Virus record (IMG/VR): IMGVR_UViG_3300031774_000010
Coordinates: 1 to 60,111 of that record
DNA length: 60,111 bases
DNA from: a virus
Taxonomy: Duplodnaviria > Caudoviricetes
Reading direction: 5' to 3' (one strand)
A program made the translations under genes and the position numbers. The notes beneath the pieces are model-generated. The model saw nothing but the letters and a program-made list of their open reading frames with translations. It ran no database searches and was not told where the DNA came from. Positions 1-8,330 of the stretch are shown here, piece by piece; position 1 is the first letter of the stretch, and each line of letters starts with the position of its first letter.

Positions 1-450
1 GATCTAAAGAAAGTAAAGAACGGACCGAAGGATAAAACCGCAGGTAAAGATGTTTATGAAGGTACTACTGGTTTTAATAAGGAACATCCATTTAAAAATG
101 ACGTTCTAAGACCAAATCCGTTATTAGCAAAACAAAAGGATAGCCCTGATTTTTATGACTTTTATAGGGATAGTACTACGTTTGGAGCAATGGCTCCTCT
201 ATCGCAACAAAAGATAGATGGTTTTGCCTCTAATCCATTTGCAAATTTTGATTTTCCTGTAAATAATCAAGCAGTTGATTATTGGACGGCGTTATATCAT
301 GATGGTGCAAAAAAAGGGTTGATATCTGTTGAAGATGAAGTTGGTACTTGGAGTGTTGCACACTTAGCATCACAACCTGCAAACTCTGGTGCGAGTACAA
401 TTAATCCTAATGAAGCCAATAAATTCCCTAGCCAAGGAGTAGCAATTTAA
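1..450 (+). CDS. hypothetical protein, 5'-truncated by window edge
   Basis: Frame of ORF 190..450 stays open back to base 1; TAATG stop/start coupling to next gene. Confidence 0.7.
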   Translation, partial: DLKKVKNGPKDKTAGKDVYEGTTGFNKEHPFKNDVLRPNPLLAKQKDSPDFYDFYRDSTTFGAMAPLSQQKIDGFASNPFANFDFPVNNQAVDYWTALYHDGAKKGLISVEDEVGTWSVAHLASQPANSGASTINPNEANKFPSQGVAI

Positions 451-1175
451 TGTCAAATAGTTTTTTTAAACAGCTAATTCCATTAGTCACTTCACAGGTA
501 GTTGCCGAACCTCTTATGCGTCTTACTGGTGATGCAATGAGTTCTTTTTTCGGACAAAGATCACCTGGCATTACAGGTCCAAATGTTGGCGAAGGCCAAA
601 AGGCTGGATTTGGTGGAGCTGTTAGGGATGCGGTATACAATACCGTTACTGATCAAAAAGAAGGGGCATCTAAAGCAGGTTATGGAAAAGTTCCAAAAGC
701 TGAGCGACTTAATATACGACCCCATGGTACTGAAGCAGGGAGATATATAACAAACATTATGAAGCATTCAGAGAATCCTGTTATGGATTTTCTATATAGT
801 TCTCCAGAAACCACTGCCACTGTTGCTGGTTTAGCTGTTCCAGCTGCAACTGCTGTAGGTGCTGGTTATGGGCTTAGTCAATTATTTGGCGGTTCAAAGC
901 CACGTTCTGATTATGCTTTAGCTATTCAAGGTAATCCTTATTTAGGTAGTACTGGTAATGTGAATGTTGATGCTGCACAAGCATCTGCTTACTATCAGCA
1001 ACAAACTGCTCAGATGAAGTTTGAACATCAGATGGCATTACAACAAGCACGTCTACAAGCACAAACCCCAGGTATTCAAAACTACGGAGGAGGAGTTTCT
1101 GGAAGTATTCCAGGAATTGATCAAGACTTAGCAACTGTTGGTCGTTCTATCTTTGGAACTGGCCTACGTGCATAG
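450..1175 (+). CDS. Gly/Ala/Gln-rich putative internal virion protein
   Basis: 241-aa ORF with a hydrophobic Ala/Gly stretch and a Gln-rich helix; lies upstream of packaging genes. Confidence 0.5.
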   Translation: MSNSFFKQLIPLVTSQVVAEPLMRLTGDAMSSFFGQRSPGITGPNVGEGQKAGFGGAVRDAVYNTVTDQKEGASKAGYGKVPKAERLNIRPHGTEAGRYITNIMKHSENPVMDFLYSSPETTATVAGLAVPAATAVGAGYGLSQLFGGSKPRSDYALAIQGNPYLGSTGNVNVDAAQASAYYQQQTAQMKFEHQMALQQARLQAQTPGIQNYGGGVSGSIPGIDQDLATVGRSIFGTGLRA

Positions 1176-1205
1176 AATTTATAATTAATAAAAAGCGTAT
1201 TTGAT

Positions 1206-2075
1206 ATGAATTGGCAAGATGCATTTAAGTTGGGAGGAAGTGACGCTGCTAACAGTCTTGCAAGTAGTTATTCACAATCTTCAGGTCTAGCGGACGCATT
1301 TAGCGGAAATAAATGGGTTAGTGATCTTGCTCGTAATTATCCGGCACCTTCATCAACGGTTCCTGCTGATTTTTTTACATACAGTCCAGATAAAGATTCA
1401 GGTATTGATTGGAATACAATGATTGCTAATCCTGATGTTTTAGAGGGTGTAGGTGATAGTTATCCAGATCTTTTTAAAAACGGAGTAGATTTTTTAAAAG
1501 ACTTTACTAGTGATGAAAAAAGTCAATTTTTTGATGCACAAAAAGCTGCTGCTGGTTTACCTACTGATAAATCTCGTGAATCTTGGTACCAACAAGTTTC
1601 TCCGTCAGTAGGAATATACGGAGGATTAGGATCAGGATCAGGATATGGATATGGGTCAGTAGGGTCAGGAGCAGCTGCAATACAGGCAGCGAACACTCTA
1701 GGTGCTATGTATCCTCAAATGAGTCAGAAGAGTCCTGGTCTTAAAGATTATATTGGAGCGGGTATGAGAATGGCAGGAGATGAACTTAAATATAAGGCTT
1801 TGTATGCAATTAATCCAGTACTAGGAGCTGTTGAGCAGTTCTACCCTGGTGGTGCTACAGAAGCATTTAAAGATGTTGGTAAAGTTACTGGTGCTGTAGG
1901 TAACAAGATATCTAAGGGAATTGGCAGTGTTGTTAAACCTGTTCAAGATTTCCTTGATGGTATTTTCTGTGACGAACGATTAAAAGTAGACATTGCACCA
2001 TTAGAAAGCACAGAAGTTAACGACGAGTTAGCACAAATGGCATTCTTTGTGAAAGGTCTCCGTGAGTGCTCTTAA
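1206..2075 (+). CDS. putative virion protein ending in the N-terminal part of an S74 intramolecular chaperone motif
   Basis: C-terminal CDERLKVDIAPLE resembles the SDxRxKxxI auto-cleavage motif. Confidence 0.55.
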   Translation: MNWQDAFKLGGSDAANSLASSYSQSSGLADAFSGNKWVSDLARNYPAPSSTVPADFFTYSPDKDSGIDWNTMIANPDVLEGVGDSYPDLFKNGVDFLKDFTSDEKSQFFDAQKAAAGLPTDKSRESWYQQVSPSVGIYGGLGSGSGYGYGSVGSGAAAIQAANTLGAMYPQMSQKSPGLKDYIGAGMRMAGDELKYKALYAINPVLGAVEQFYPGGATEAFKDVGKVTGAVGNKISKGIGSVVKPVQDFLDGIFCDERLKVDIAPLESTEVNDELAQMAFFVKGLRECS

Positions 2076-2289
2076 GAAGTTAAGACAACTGGAGCCAATC
2101 CAGTTTAGATATAAAGAGGAGTTAGATCCGACGCAACCATTACGTGCTGGTTTCTCTGCTCAACAGGTACAAAAAGTAATACCTGAAGCAGTAAAAGAAG
2201 TTGATGGAATATTGATGTTGGATGGGAATGTTTTAAAGAATTATCTCCGCATGGCGAGAGAAGAGTTATTAGCTGAATCTTCTAAGTAG
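2062..2289 (+). CDS. stand-alone C-terminal part of peptidase S74 / intramolecular chaperone domain
   Basis: ALKKLRQLEPIQFRYK...GFSAQQVQKVIPEAV matches the S74 core; GTG start preceded by AAAGGT. Confidence 0.7.
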   Translation: MSALKKLRQLEPIQFRYKEELDPTQPLRAGFSAQQVQKVIPEAVKEVDGILMLDGNVLKNYLRMAREELLAESSK

Positions 2290-2336
2290 TAGTCGATTTA
2301 AAATAAGCAATATATAAGAATTTAGTGTAGAGAATT

Positions 2337-3140
2337 ATGGTCGCTCAAGCAGCAATACCTATGGCAGGTAAGTTATTACCTTTTTTAACAAAAATAGCTA
2401 CAAACCCAGTAGCAAGTTCAGCCGTTACAGGCGCTTTTATGGGTGGTGTACCTTCCTTACTGCAAGGTAATCTATTAAATGCATTAGGAGGTGGCATTGC
2501 AGGTGGAGCAGGAGGAGCAACTTTCGGTGGTATAGGAGGCAAATTAGTACCAGGAGCTACTGGACTTGCTGGTAGATTTATGGGTCCATCTACAACTGCG
2601 GCAGCGGCTGTAATACCAAGTTTAGCTGGGGCTGCGGCACCTGTTACTGCTGGTTTATTAGGAAATGCACTACTTGGCGGAGGCATTGGTAATTTAGGTA
2701 GACAAACAGCAGGAGCCGTAGGTGGAGCAGGTCAAAATACCGTCGGACTTCTTGGATATCATGCTGTAACTGGTGAGCCTTTATATGGAACAGCTGTACC
2801 TCCAGGGATGGGTCAGTATGGTGGAGTTCCTCCTGTTGGTGGTTCTGCTATGGATGTTCTTCAACCAGGTGGTCCTGCAGGTGCTCAAAGACTTACAACA
2901 CTTAAGAATGCAGAGACGATGGCTGATGCATTAAATGCTTACTTACCTACAGTTCGTAAGTTTAGTGAGCAAGCTAAGAAAGATGACTTTGAAAGAAATA
3001 TGGCTGCTGCAGGTATTAGACAAAATATTGCAACAAATGCTGCAATGTTACAAGCTTCGCAGCAAGCTGGTTTAGGAATGGGTCTTACAGGGGCTCAACA
3101 AGCTGGGCAAGCTTTAGTTAACCAGTATTCTTATAGCTGA
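2337..3140 (+). CDS. Gly/Ala-rich putative DNA ejection / internal virion protein
   Basis: Glycine-zipper-like hydrophobic N-half, Ala/Gln helical C-half. Confidence 0.5.
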   Translation: MVAQAAIPMAGKLLPFLTKIATNPVASSAVTGAFMGGVPSLLQGNLLNALGGGIAGGAGGATFGGIGGKLVPGATGLAGRFMGPSTTAAAAVIPSLAGAAAPVTAGLLGNALLGGGIGNLGRQTAGAVGGAGQNTVGLLGYHAVTGEPLYGTAVPPGMGQYGGVPPVGGSAMDVLQPGGPAGAQRLTTLKNAETMADALNAYLPTVRKFSEQAKKDDFERNMAAAGIRQNIATNAAMLQASQQAGLGMGLTGAQQAGQALVNQYSYS

Positions 3141-3142
3141 CT

Positions 3143-3871
3143 ATGACCACCCTAAATGAGTTTAAACAGTTAGTTGATGCCTATCGGTTAGGTGATTTAA
3201 AAGGACTTGACACTGCCTATAATCCGAATCCTACTGCAAATGGAAGAAACACAGATCTTAAAGATCCTTTGGTATATACGGATACTGAGTTAGAAGAGGA
3301 ACCTCTTCCAGACGATTTAGTATATGTAACTCGTGGTAAAGGACTTGATAAGAAAATATATGTAGGTAATAAAGATAGGGAAATGAATTTTCTTAAAAGA
3401 GCGACATTAGGATTATTAGATGCATTTGTAGATAATACAAAAGTAGGGGATAAAGTATTTAGGGTTGATAACGATAGGCAAAATTTAATACCAAAAGATG
3501 AATATAACGCGAAAAGGTTAGCAGAACGCCGTCGTAAAGCAGATATAAGTGGAGATGCAGTCGCAAGTCCTGAGCAAACTCGTAAACATATTGAAAGTCA
3601 AAGGGTACGAGATGCTTATCTTTTTGAACAATTAAATAAATTAAATGACTATGAATTAGAACGTTGGAAGAATGCTTATCCTCAGTATGCAAAAATGATA
3701 AATGATGAAATATTTAAGAGAAGAATGCAAATTGAATATAATAGTCCTAGTGAACTACAAAATAGACTAACCGCAGGTTTTGATACTCGTAATGCTGCTA
3801 AAGTTGCTGATGCTGAAGCATATCTAAAAATAGCGCAAGGTATGAAAACTGGTCTTGAGCGTTTTGTATAG
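3143..3871 (+). CDS. hypothetical protein
   Basis: 242-aa ORF in tight operon spacing. Confidence 0.7.
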   Translation: MTTLNEFKQLVDAYRLGDLKGLDTAYNPNPTANGRNTDLKDPLVYTDTELEEEPLPDDLVYVTRGKGLDKKIYVGNKDREMNFLKRATLGLLDAFVDNTKVGDKVFRVDNDRQNLIPKDEYNAKRLAERRRKADISGDAVASPEQTRKHIESQRVRDAYLFEQLNKLNDYELERWKNAYPQYAKMINDEIFKRRMQIEYNSPSELQNRLTAGFDTRNAAKVADAEAYLKIAQGMKTGLERFV

Positions 3872-3919
3872 CTGGTTAACAATTCACGTTCAGTAGAATA
3901 GGAAAAAATATTAGTAATT

Positions 3920-6070
3920 ATGAGTAACGACGTAAAGCAAGTAGGTACTCAATTTGCCAAGGATTATTTAAGTAGTGCTCAAAATAATGCTGTAGCTAAG
4001 TTAACAGCTGACGACGATGATACAGGAGGAGGTGCTTCAAATCTTACAAAGGTAAACGATCCTTCTTTGCAATCTCAAATTGCATTAATGGATATACAGA
4101 ATACTCAACAACAGTTAAATTTAGAAACTGCTGCTGAATTAGATCGTATTCAAAGAGAGTTCTACACTGATCAAGATATTAGAAGAGGTCAGTCAGAAGG
4201 AACTCAAAGTCGATTAGGGCAAATGATGGGGGGAGAGCAACAACGTTTAAGTGCAAGAGTTGCAGGAGAAGAACAAAGAAGAGGAACAGCTGAGACAGGT
4301 TTACAACAGCGTTTAGGTGCAAGAGTTGCAGGGGAAGAGCAACGTGCAGGTATTGAGACAACTGGAACACAACAACGTTTAGGAACAGCTGAAACAGGAT
4401 TCCAACAGCGGCTTGGAATGGGAGAGCAGGGGTTACAACAAAGAATGGGAATGGCAGAATCTGGATTACAACAACGGCTAGGAACTGCAGAAACTGGAAG
4501 ACAGCAAAGAATGGGAACTGCAGAAACTGGTTATCAACAACGTTTAGGACAAAGAGTCGCTGGACAAGAAAGAAGAGCTGATTTAGCAGAAACAGGTGCT
4601 CAGCAGAGGGCATCATCCAGAGTCACTGGTCAAGAGCAACGTGCTGGTATGGTTGAGTCTGGTTATCAACAACGTTTAGGACAAAGAGTTGGAGGCCAAG
4701 AAAGAAGGGCTGAATTAGCAGAGACAGGAGCACAAACCCGTGCTACTGAGCGAGTTAGAGGTGAGGAAGATAGAGGACGTATTGGAGCAACTGGTTTTGA
4801 GCAACGTCTCGGAACTGCAGAAACTGGTTTCCAACAACGTTTAGGAACAGCTGAATCAGGATTCCAGCAGAGACTGGGAATGAGAACAGCAGCAGAAGAA
4901 ACTCGTGGAACAGAAAGAGTTAGAGGTGAAGAGCAACGTGCAGGTATTACAACAACTGGATTACAACAGCGTCTTGGAACTGCAGAGACAGGCTCCCAAA
5001 CCCGTGCTACTGAGCGAGTCAGAGGTGAGGAAGATAGAGGACGTATTACAACAACTGGAGTACAACAACGGCTTGGAACTGCAGAAACTGGGTTACAACA
5101 ACGTTTAGGAACAGCTGAATCAGGACTTCAACAGAGATTGGGAATGAGAACTGGAGGAGAAGAACAACGAGCAACTCGATCTTTAGAACAAAGAATAGGT
5201 GGAGAAGAGCAACGTCTTGGTATGAGAGTAGGGGGAGAAGAGCAAAGAGCATCTCGTGCTTTAGAACAAAGAATCGGTGGAGAAGAACAACGTCTTGGTA
5301 TGAGAGTAGGGGGACAAGAAACCCGTGCTACTGAGAGAGTTAGAGGTCAAGTAGACATTGGGCGTATTGGCGCAACTGGATTACAACAGCGTCTTGGAAC
5401 TGCAGAAACTGGTTTCCAACAAAGAATGGGAATGAGAACAGCAGCAGAAGAAACTCGTGGAACAGAAAGAGTTAGAGGTGAAGAGCAACGTGCTGGTATC
5501 TCAACAACTGGATTACAACAACGTTTAGGAACAGCTGAATCAGGACTTCAACAGAGATTGGGAATGACAACTGGAGGAGAACAAACACGTGCTACAGAAA
5601 GAGTTAGAGGTCAAGAGCAACGTGCTGGTATCTCAACAACTGGATTACAACAGCGTCTTGGAACTGCAGAAACTGGTTTCCAACAAAGAATGGGAATGAG
5701 AACAGGAGGAGAACAAACACGTGCTACCGAACGAGTCAAAGGTCAAGTAGACATTGGGCGTATTGGAGCTACAGGTCTTCAACAACGTCTGGGAACTGCA
5801 GAAACTGGTTTTCAACAAAGAATGGGAATGCAAACGGGAGGACAAGAAACACGTGCTACTGAAAGGGTTAGAGGTCAAGAAGATAGAGGAAGAATTGCAG
5901 CTACTGGTTTAGAGCAACGTTTAGGACAAAGAGTTGGAGGTCAAGAGCAAAGAGCGACAAGAGAAACAGAAGGTCAGCAAATCAGGTCAACAGACTTGCA
6001 AAGAGAGATGTTCCGTCGCTATAAAGAAGCAAGAGATTATGGCCAAGCACAACGAGCTTACCGAGTATGA
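3920..6070 (+). CDS. 11-residue (hendecad) repeat protein, putative ejection tube or ruler
   Basis: About 54 tandem units such as GTAETGLQQRL and TERVRGEEQRA. Confidence 0.6.
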   Translation: MSNDVKQVGTQFAKDYLSSAQNNAVAKLTADDDDTGGGASNLTKVNDPSLQSQIALMDIQNTQQQLNLETAAELDRIQREFYTDQDIRRGQSEGTQSRLGQMMGGEQQRLSARVAGEEQRRGTAETGLQQRLGARVAGEEQRAGIETTGTQQRLGTAETGFQQRLGMGEQGLQQRMGMAESGLQQRLGTAETGRQQRMGTAETGYQQRLGQRVAGQERRADLAETGAQQRASSRVTGQEQRAGMVESGYQQRLGQRVGGQERRAELAETGAQTRATERVRGEEDRGRIGATGFEQRLGTAETGFQQRLGTAESGFQQRLGMRTAAEETRGTERVRGEEQRAGITTTGLQQRLGTAETGSQTRATERVRGEEDRGRITTTGVQQRLGTAETGLQQRLGTAESGLQQRLGMRTGGEEQRATRSLEQRIGGEEQRLGMRVGGEEQRASRALEQRIGGEEQRLGMRVGGQETRATERVRGQVDIGRIGATGLQQRLGTAETGFQQRMGMRTAAEETRGTERVRGEEQRAGISTTGLQQRLGTAESGLQQRLGMTTGGEQTRATERVRGQEQRAGISTTGLQQRLGTAETGFQQRMGMRTGGEQTRATERVKGQVDIGRIGATGLQQRLGTAETGFQQRMGMQTGGQETRATERVRGQEDRGRIAATGLEQRLGQRVGGQEQRATRETEGQQIRSTDLQREMFRRYKEARDYGQAQRAYRV
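4187..5990 (+). repeat. 33-nt-period coding tandem repeat with higher-order duplications
   Basis: Recurrent GGAACTGCAGAAACTGG / CAACAACGTTTAGG units at 33-nt multiples; two 45-nt variants near 5170-5295. Confidence 0.9.
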
Positions 6071-6552
6071 ACAAATGGATTAACGGACTAACTGATAAAG
6101 ACCGAGAATCCTTTTTAGCTTTTTGCAAACAAACAGCTTCTCCCATACAGATTTATCTCTACTCACGATTCCTTGGTTTTAAAGGAACAATTGTTGAGTG
6201 TGATGAATGGTCTAAGAAAAAATTTAAAAAACGTAATTTTAATATTCTATTAGAACAAGAAATAGATCATATGCAAGAAGATATTTCAAAGTTACGTCAA
6301 GCAATTGATATGGGTATGGTTAAACAAGATATGGGTACAGCACGTATTGCAATGCTTCAAAAAGAATTGAGAGGCTCTATAAAACAAATAGGCGATGAAA
6401 AAGTATTAATGGATAAACAAGGCTTGATTCTTGCTGGTGCAGACAGAGCATTACGTGAGATGTTAACTATTTTCCGTGATGATCCAATTGAAGGTCCCTT
6501 ACAAGAAGCGTCAATGGGAGTTTGGACAAAAATATTACAGGAAGAAAGTTAA
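6067..6552 (+). CDS. helical protein, possible terminase small subunit
   Basis: Directly upstream of terL, suitable size, coiled coil; positional inference only. Confidence 0.4.
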   Translation: MNKWINGLTDKDRESFLAFCKQTASPIQIYLYSRFLGFKGTIVECDEWSKKKFKKRNFNILLEQEIDHMQEDISKLRQAIDMGMVKQDMGTARIAMLQKELRGSIKQIGDEKVLMDKQGLILAGADRALREMLTIFRDDPIEGPLQEASMGVWTKILQEES

Positions 6553-6576
6553 AGATTTTTAGGCTATGCTACGTGC

Positions 6577-8100
6577 ATGGCAGGAACAAGTATTTATAGT
6601 GTTTATCGACGAACTGCGAGAGCAGCCGCTAAACAACAAGTTGTCAAAAAAACTTCTAATATTGATGTAGAGCGAGCACGAGAAGATTTTGCATACTTTT
6701 GTGATGTTGTAGGAGATAAACCACCAGCCACTCACCATAAAGAATGGCATAAATATTTGTGTACTGGAAAGGATAGTGAATGTTTAGTAGGTATTGGTGG
6801 ACCCAATATTGATATCTTGGCACCTAGAGGAAGTGCTAAATCCACAATCCTTGGTTTATATACAGCTTGGACTGTTGGTATACATGCTCTTAATAAGCAA
6901 CCATTAAAGGTTTTATATATTTCTTACACTGTTGATGTAGCAAGACCTAAAAGTGCAGCCATAAAAAGAATTATTGAAGAAAGTAAAACATATCGTGAAA
7001 TTTTTCCCAGAGTGAAAATTGCTAAAGGTATTAATTCTAATGAGTATTGGAGTATTGATTGGAAGTTTGCTGGAATTAAATCTACTGGAGAAGAAGAGTT
7101 TACTGTTTGTTGTGCAGGCTTAAAAGGTGCTGTGACATCTAAACGTTCTCATCTTTGTATTATTGATGACGCTATCAAAAGTGCTGATGATATTAAAAAC
7201 AGAGATATTCGCCAAGCTATGCAGGATAACTGGAACTCAGTCATAGTTCCTACTATGTTTGAAGGAGGTAGAGCTATTTGTTTAGGAACTCGTTTCCGTC
7301 ATGATGATATTCATAACAGTACTTTTACTCCAGCAAATGATTGGGTTCAGATAGTCCAGTCTGCAATCACTGTTGATAAGGATGGTGAAGAAATTTCGTA
7401 TTGGCCAGATATGTGGTCTTTAGATTATTTACGAGATAGACGACGCCAAGCTCCAGTTGCTTTTAGTTTTCAGTATCAAAATCAAATAATACAGACAAGT
7501 GAGTTATCCCTTTCTCCAGACTTGGTTGTTAAAGGAGCTATAGCAACTCAGTTTGATGCTATGGGTATTGGAGTTGATCTATCAGCTGGTATAAGAGAGC
7601 AGAATGATTTTACTGCTTTTGTAATGGGTGGAAGGATAGGAAATAAGATTCATGTGATTGATTGTAAAAGATTGAGAATAATGGGGAATTTAGAAAAGTT
7701 AGAAGCATTAATGGAAATGTTAGATGAGTGGGGAGTTATTCATAAAGATGGAGATAATTACTTTCCTACAGGTAGTTCTATTCATGTTTGGTCTGAAGCT
7801 GTTGCATATCAGGCATCTTTAGAAGCTGACTTCAAACGTATCTGCTTAGGTGATCAAGGACTGTATAACGTTCTTTGGCATCCTGTTAAAGGATTTCGAG
7901 GAGACAAAGTTGCACGCTTTAGGGGCATTATGGGTTTATTTGAGCAAAGAAAGATTACTTTTAATAAGTATCGAAAGTTCACTGCATTAACAGATGAGAT
8001 TGTCAATTTCGGTGTTAGCTCCCATGATGATTGTGTTGATGCTTTAGTTTGGCTTTGTAATGGATTAATGACCAGAGGAAAACTAGAGTTAGAGTATTGA
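6577..8100 (+). CDS. terL: terminase large subunit
   Basis: Walker A APRGSAKS, Walker B CIIDD, GTR coupling motif, RNase H-like GVDLS and C-terminal HDDCVDA. Confidence 0.95.
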   Translation: MAGTSIYSVYRRTARAAAKQQVVKKTSNIDVERAREDFAYFCDVVGDKPPATHHKEWHKYLCTGKDSECLVGIGGPNIDILAPRGSAKSTILGLYTAWTVGIHALNKQPLKVLYISYTVDVARPKSAAIKRIIEESKTYREIFPRVKIAKGINSNEYWSIDWKFAGIKSTGEEEFTVCCAGLKGAVTSKRSHLCIIDDAIKSADDIKNRDIRQAMQDNWNSVIVPTMFEGGRAICLGTRFRHDDIHNSTFTPANDWVQIVQSAITVDKDGEEISYWPDMWSLDYLRDRRRQAPVAFSFQYQNQIIQTSELSLSPDLVVKGAIATQFDAMGIGVDLSAGIREQNDFTAFVMGGRIGNKIHVIDCKRLRIMGNLEKLEALMEMLDEWGVIHKDGDNYFPTGSSIHVWSEAVAYQASLEADFKRICLGDQGLYNVLWHPVKGFRGDKVARFRGIMGLFEQRKITFNKYRKFTALTDEIVNFGVSSHDDCVDALVWLCNGLMTRGKLELEY

Positions 8101-8128
8101 CGATTTAAACTAGTTATAACACTTTCTA

Positions 8129-8311
8129 ATGTCACCTAGTTATTACAACATTGAACTAGAGCAAGATGCTTATGGTTCTGCAGTAATCCCTCTTAACGAT
8201 GAAATCTGTCATGACATGGCTTTACAGCCTAATGAACGATTTGAAATTGAAATAGAGGATGACGTCATCACTTTGAGGCGACTCCATGCTGGTTACAACA
8301 TTGAAGAATAG
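8129..8311 (+). CDS. AbrB/MazE/SpoVT-like DNA-binding protein
   Basis: GSAVIPLNDEICHDMALQPNERFEIEIEDDVITLRR fits the swapped-hairpin pattern. Confidence 0.65.
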   Translation: MSPSYYNIELEQDAYGSAVIPLNDEICHDMALQPNERFEIEIEDDVITLRRLHAGYNIEE

Positions 8312-8330
8312 AACAAACTACTAAACACTC

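Noticed and set aside
4187-5990. CRISPR-like or non-coding repeat array
   Set aside because: Periodicity is 33 nt with synonymous variation, so it is a protein repeat
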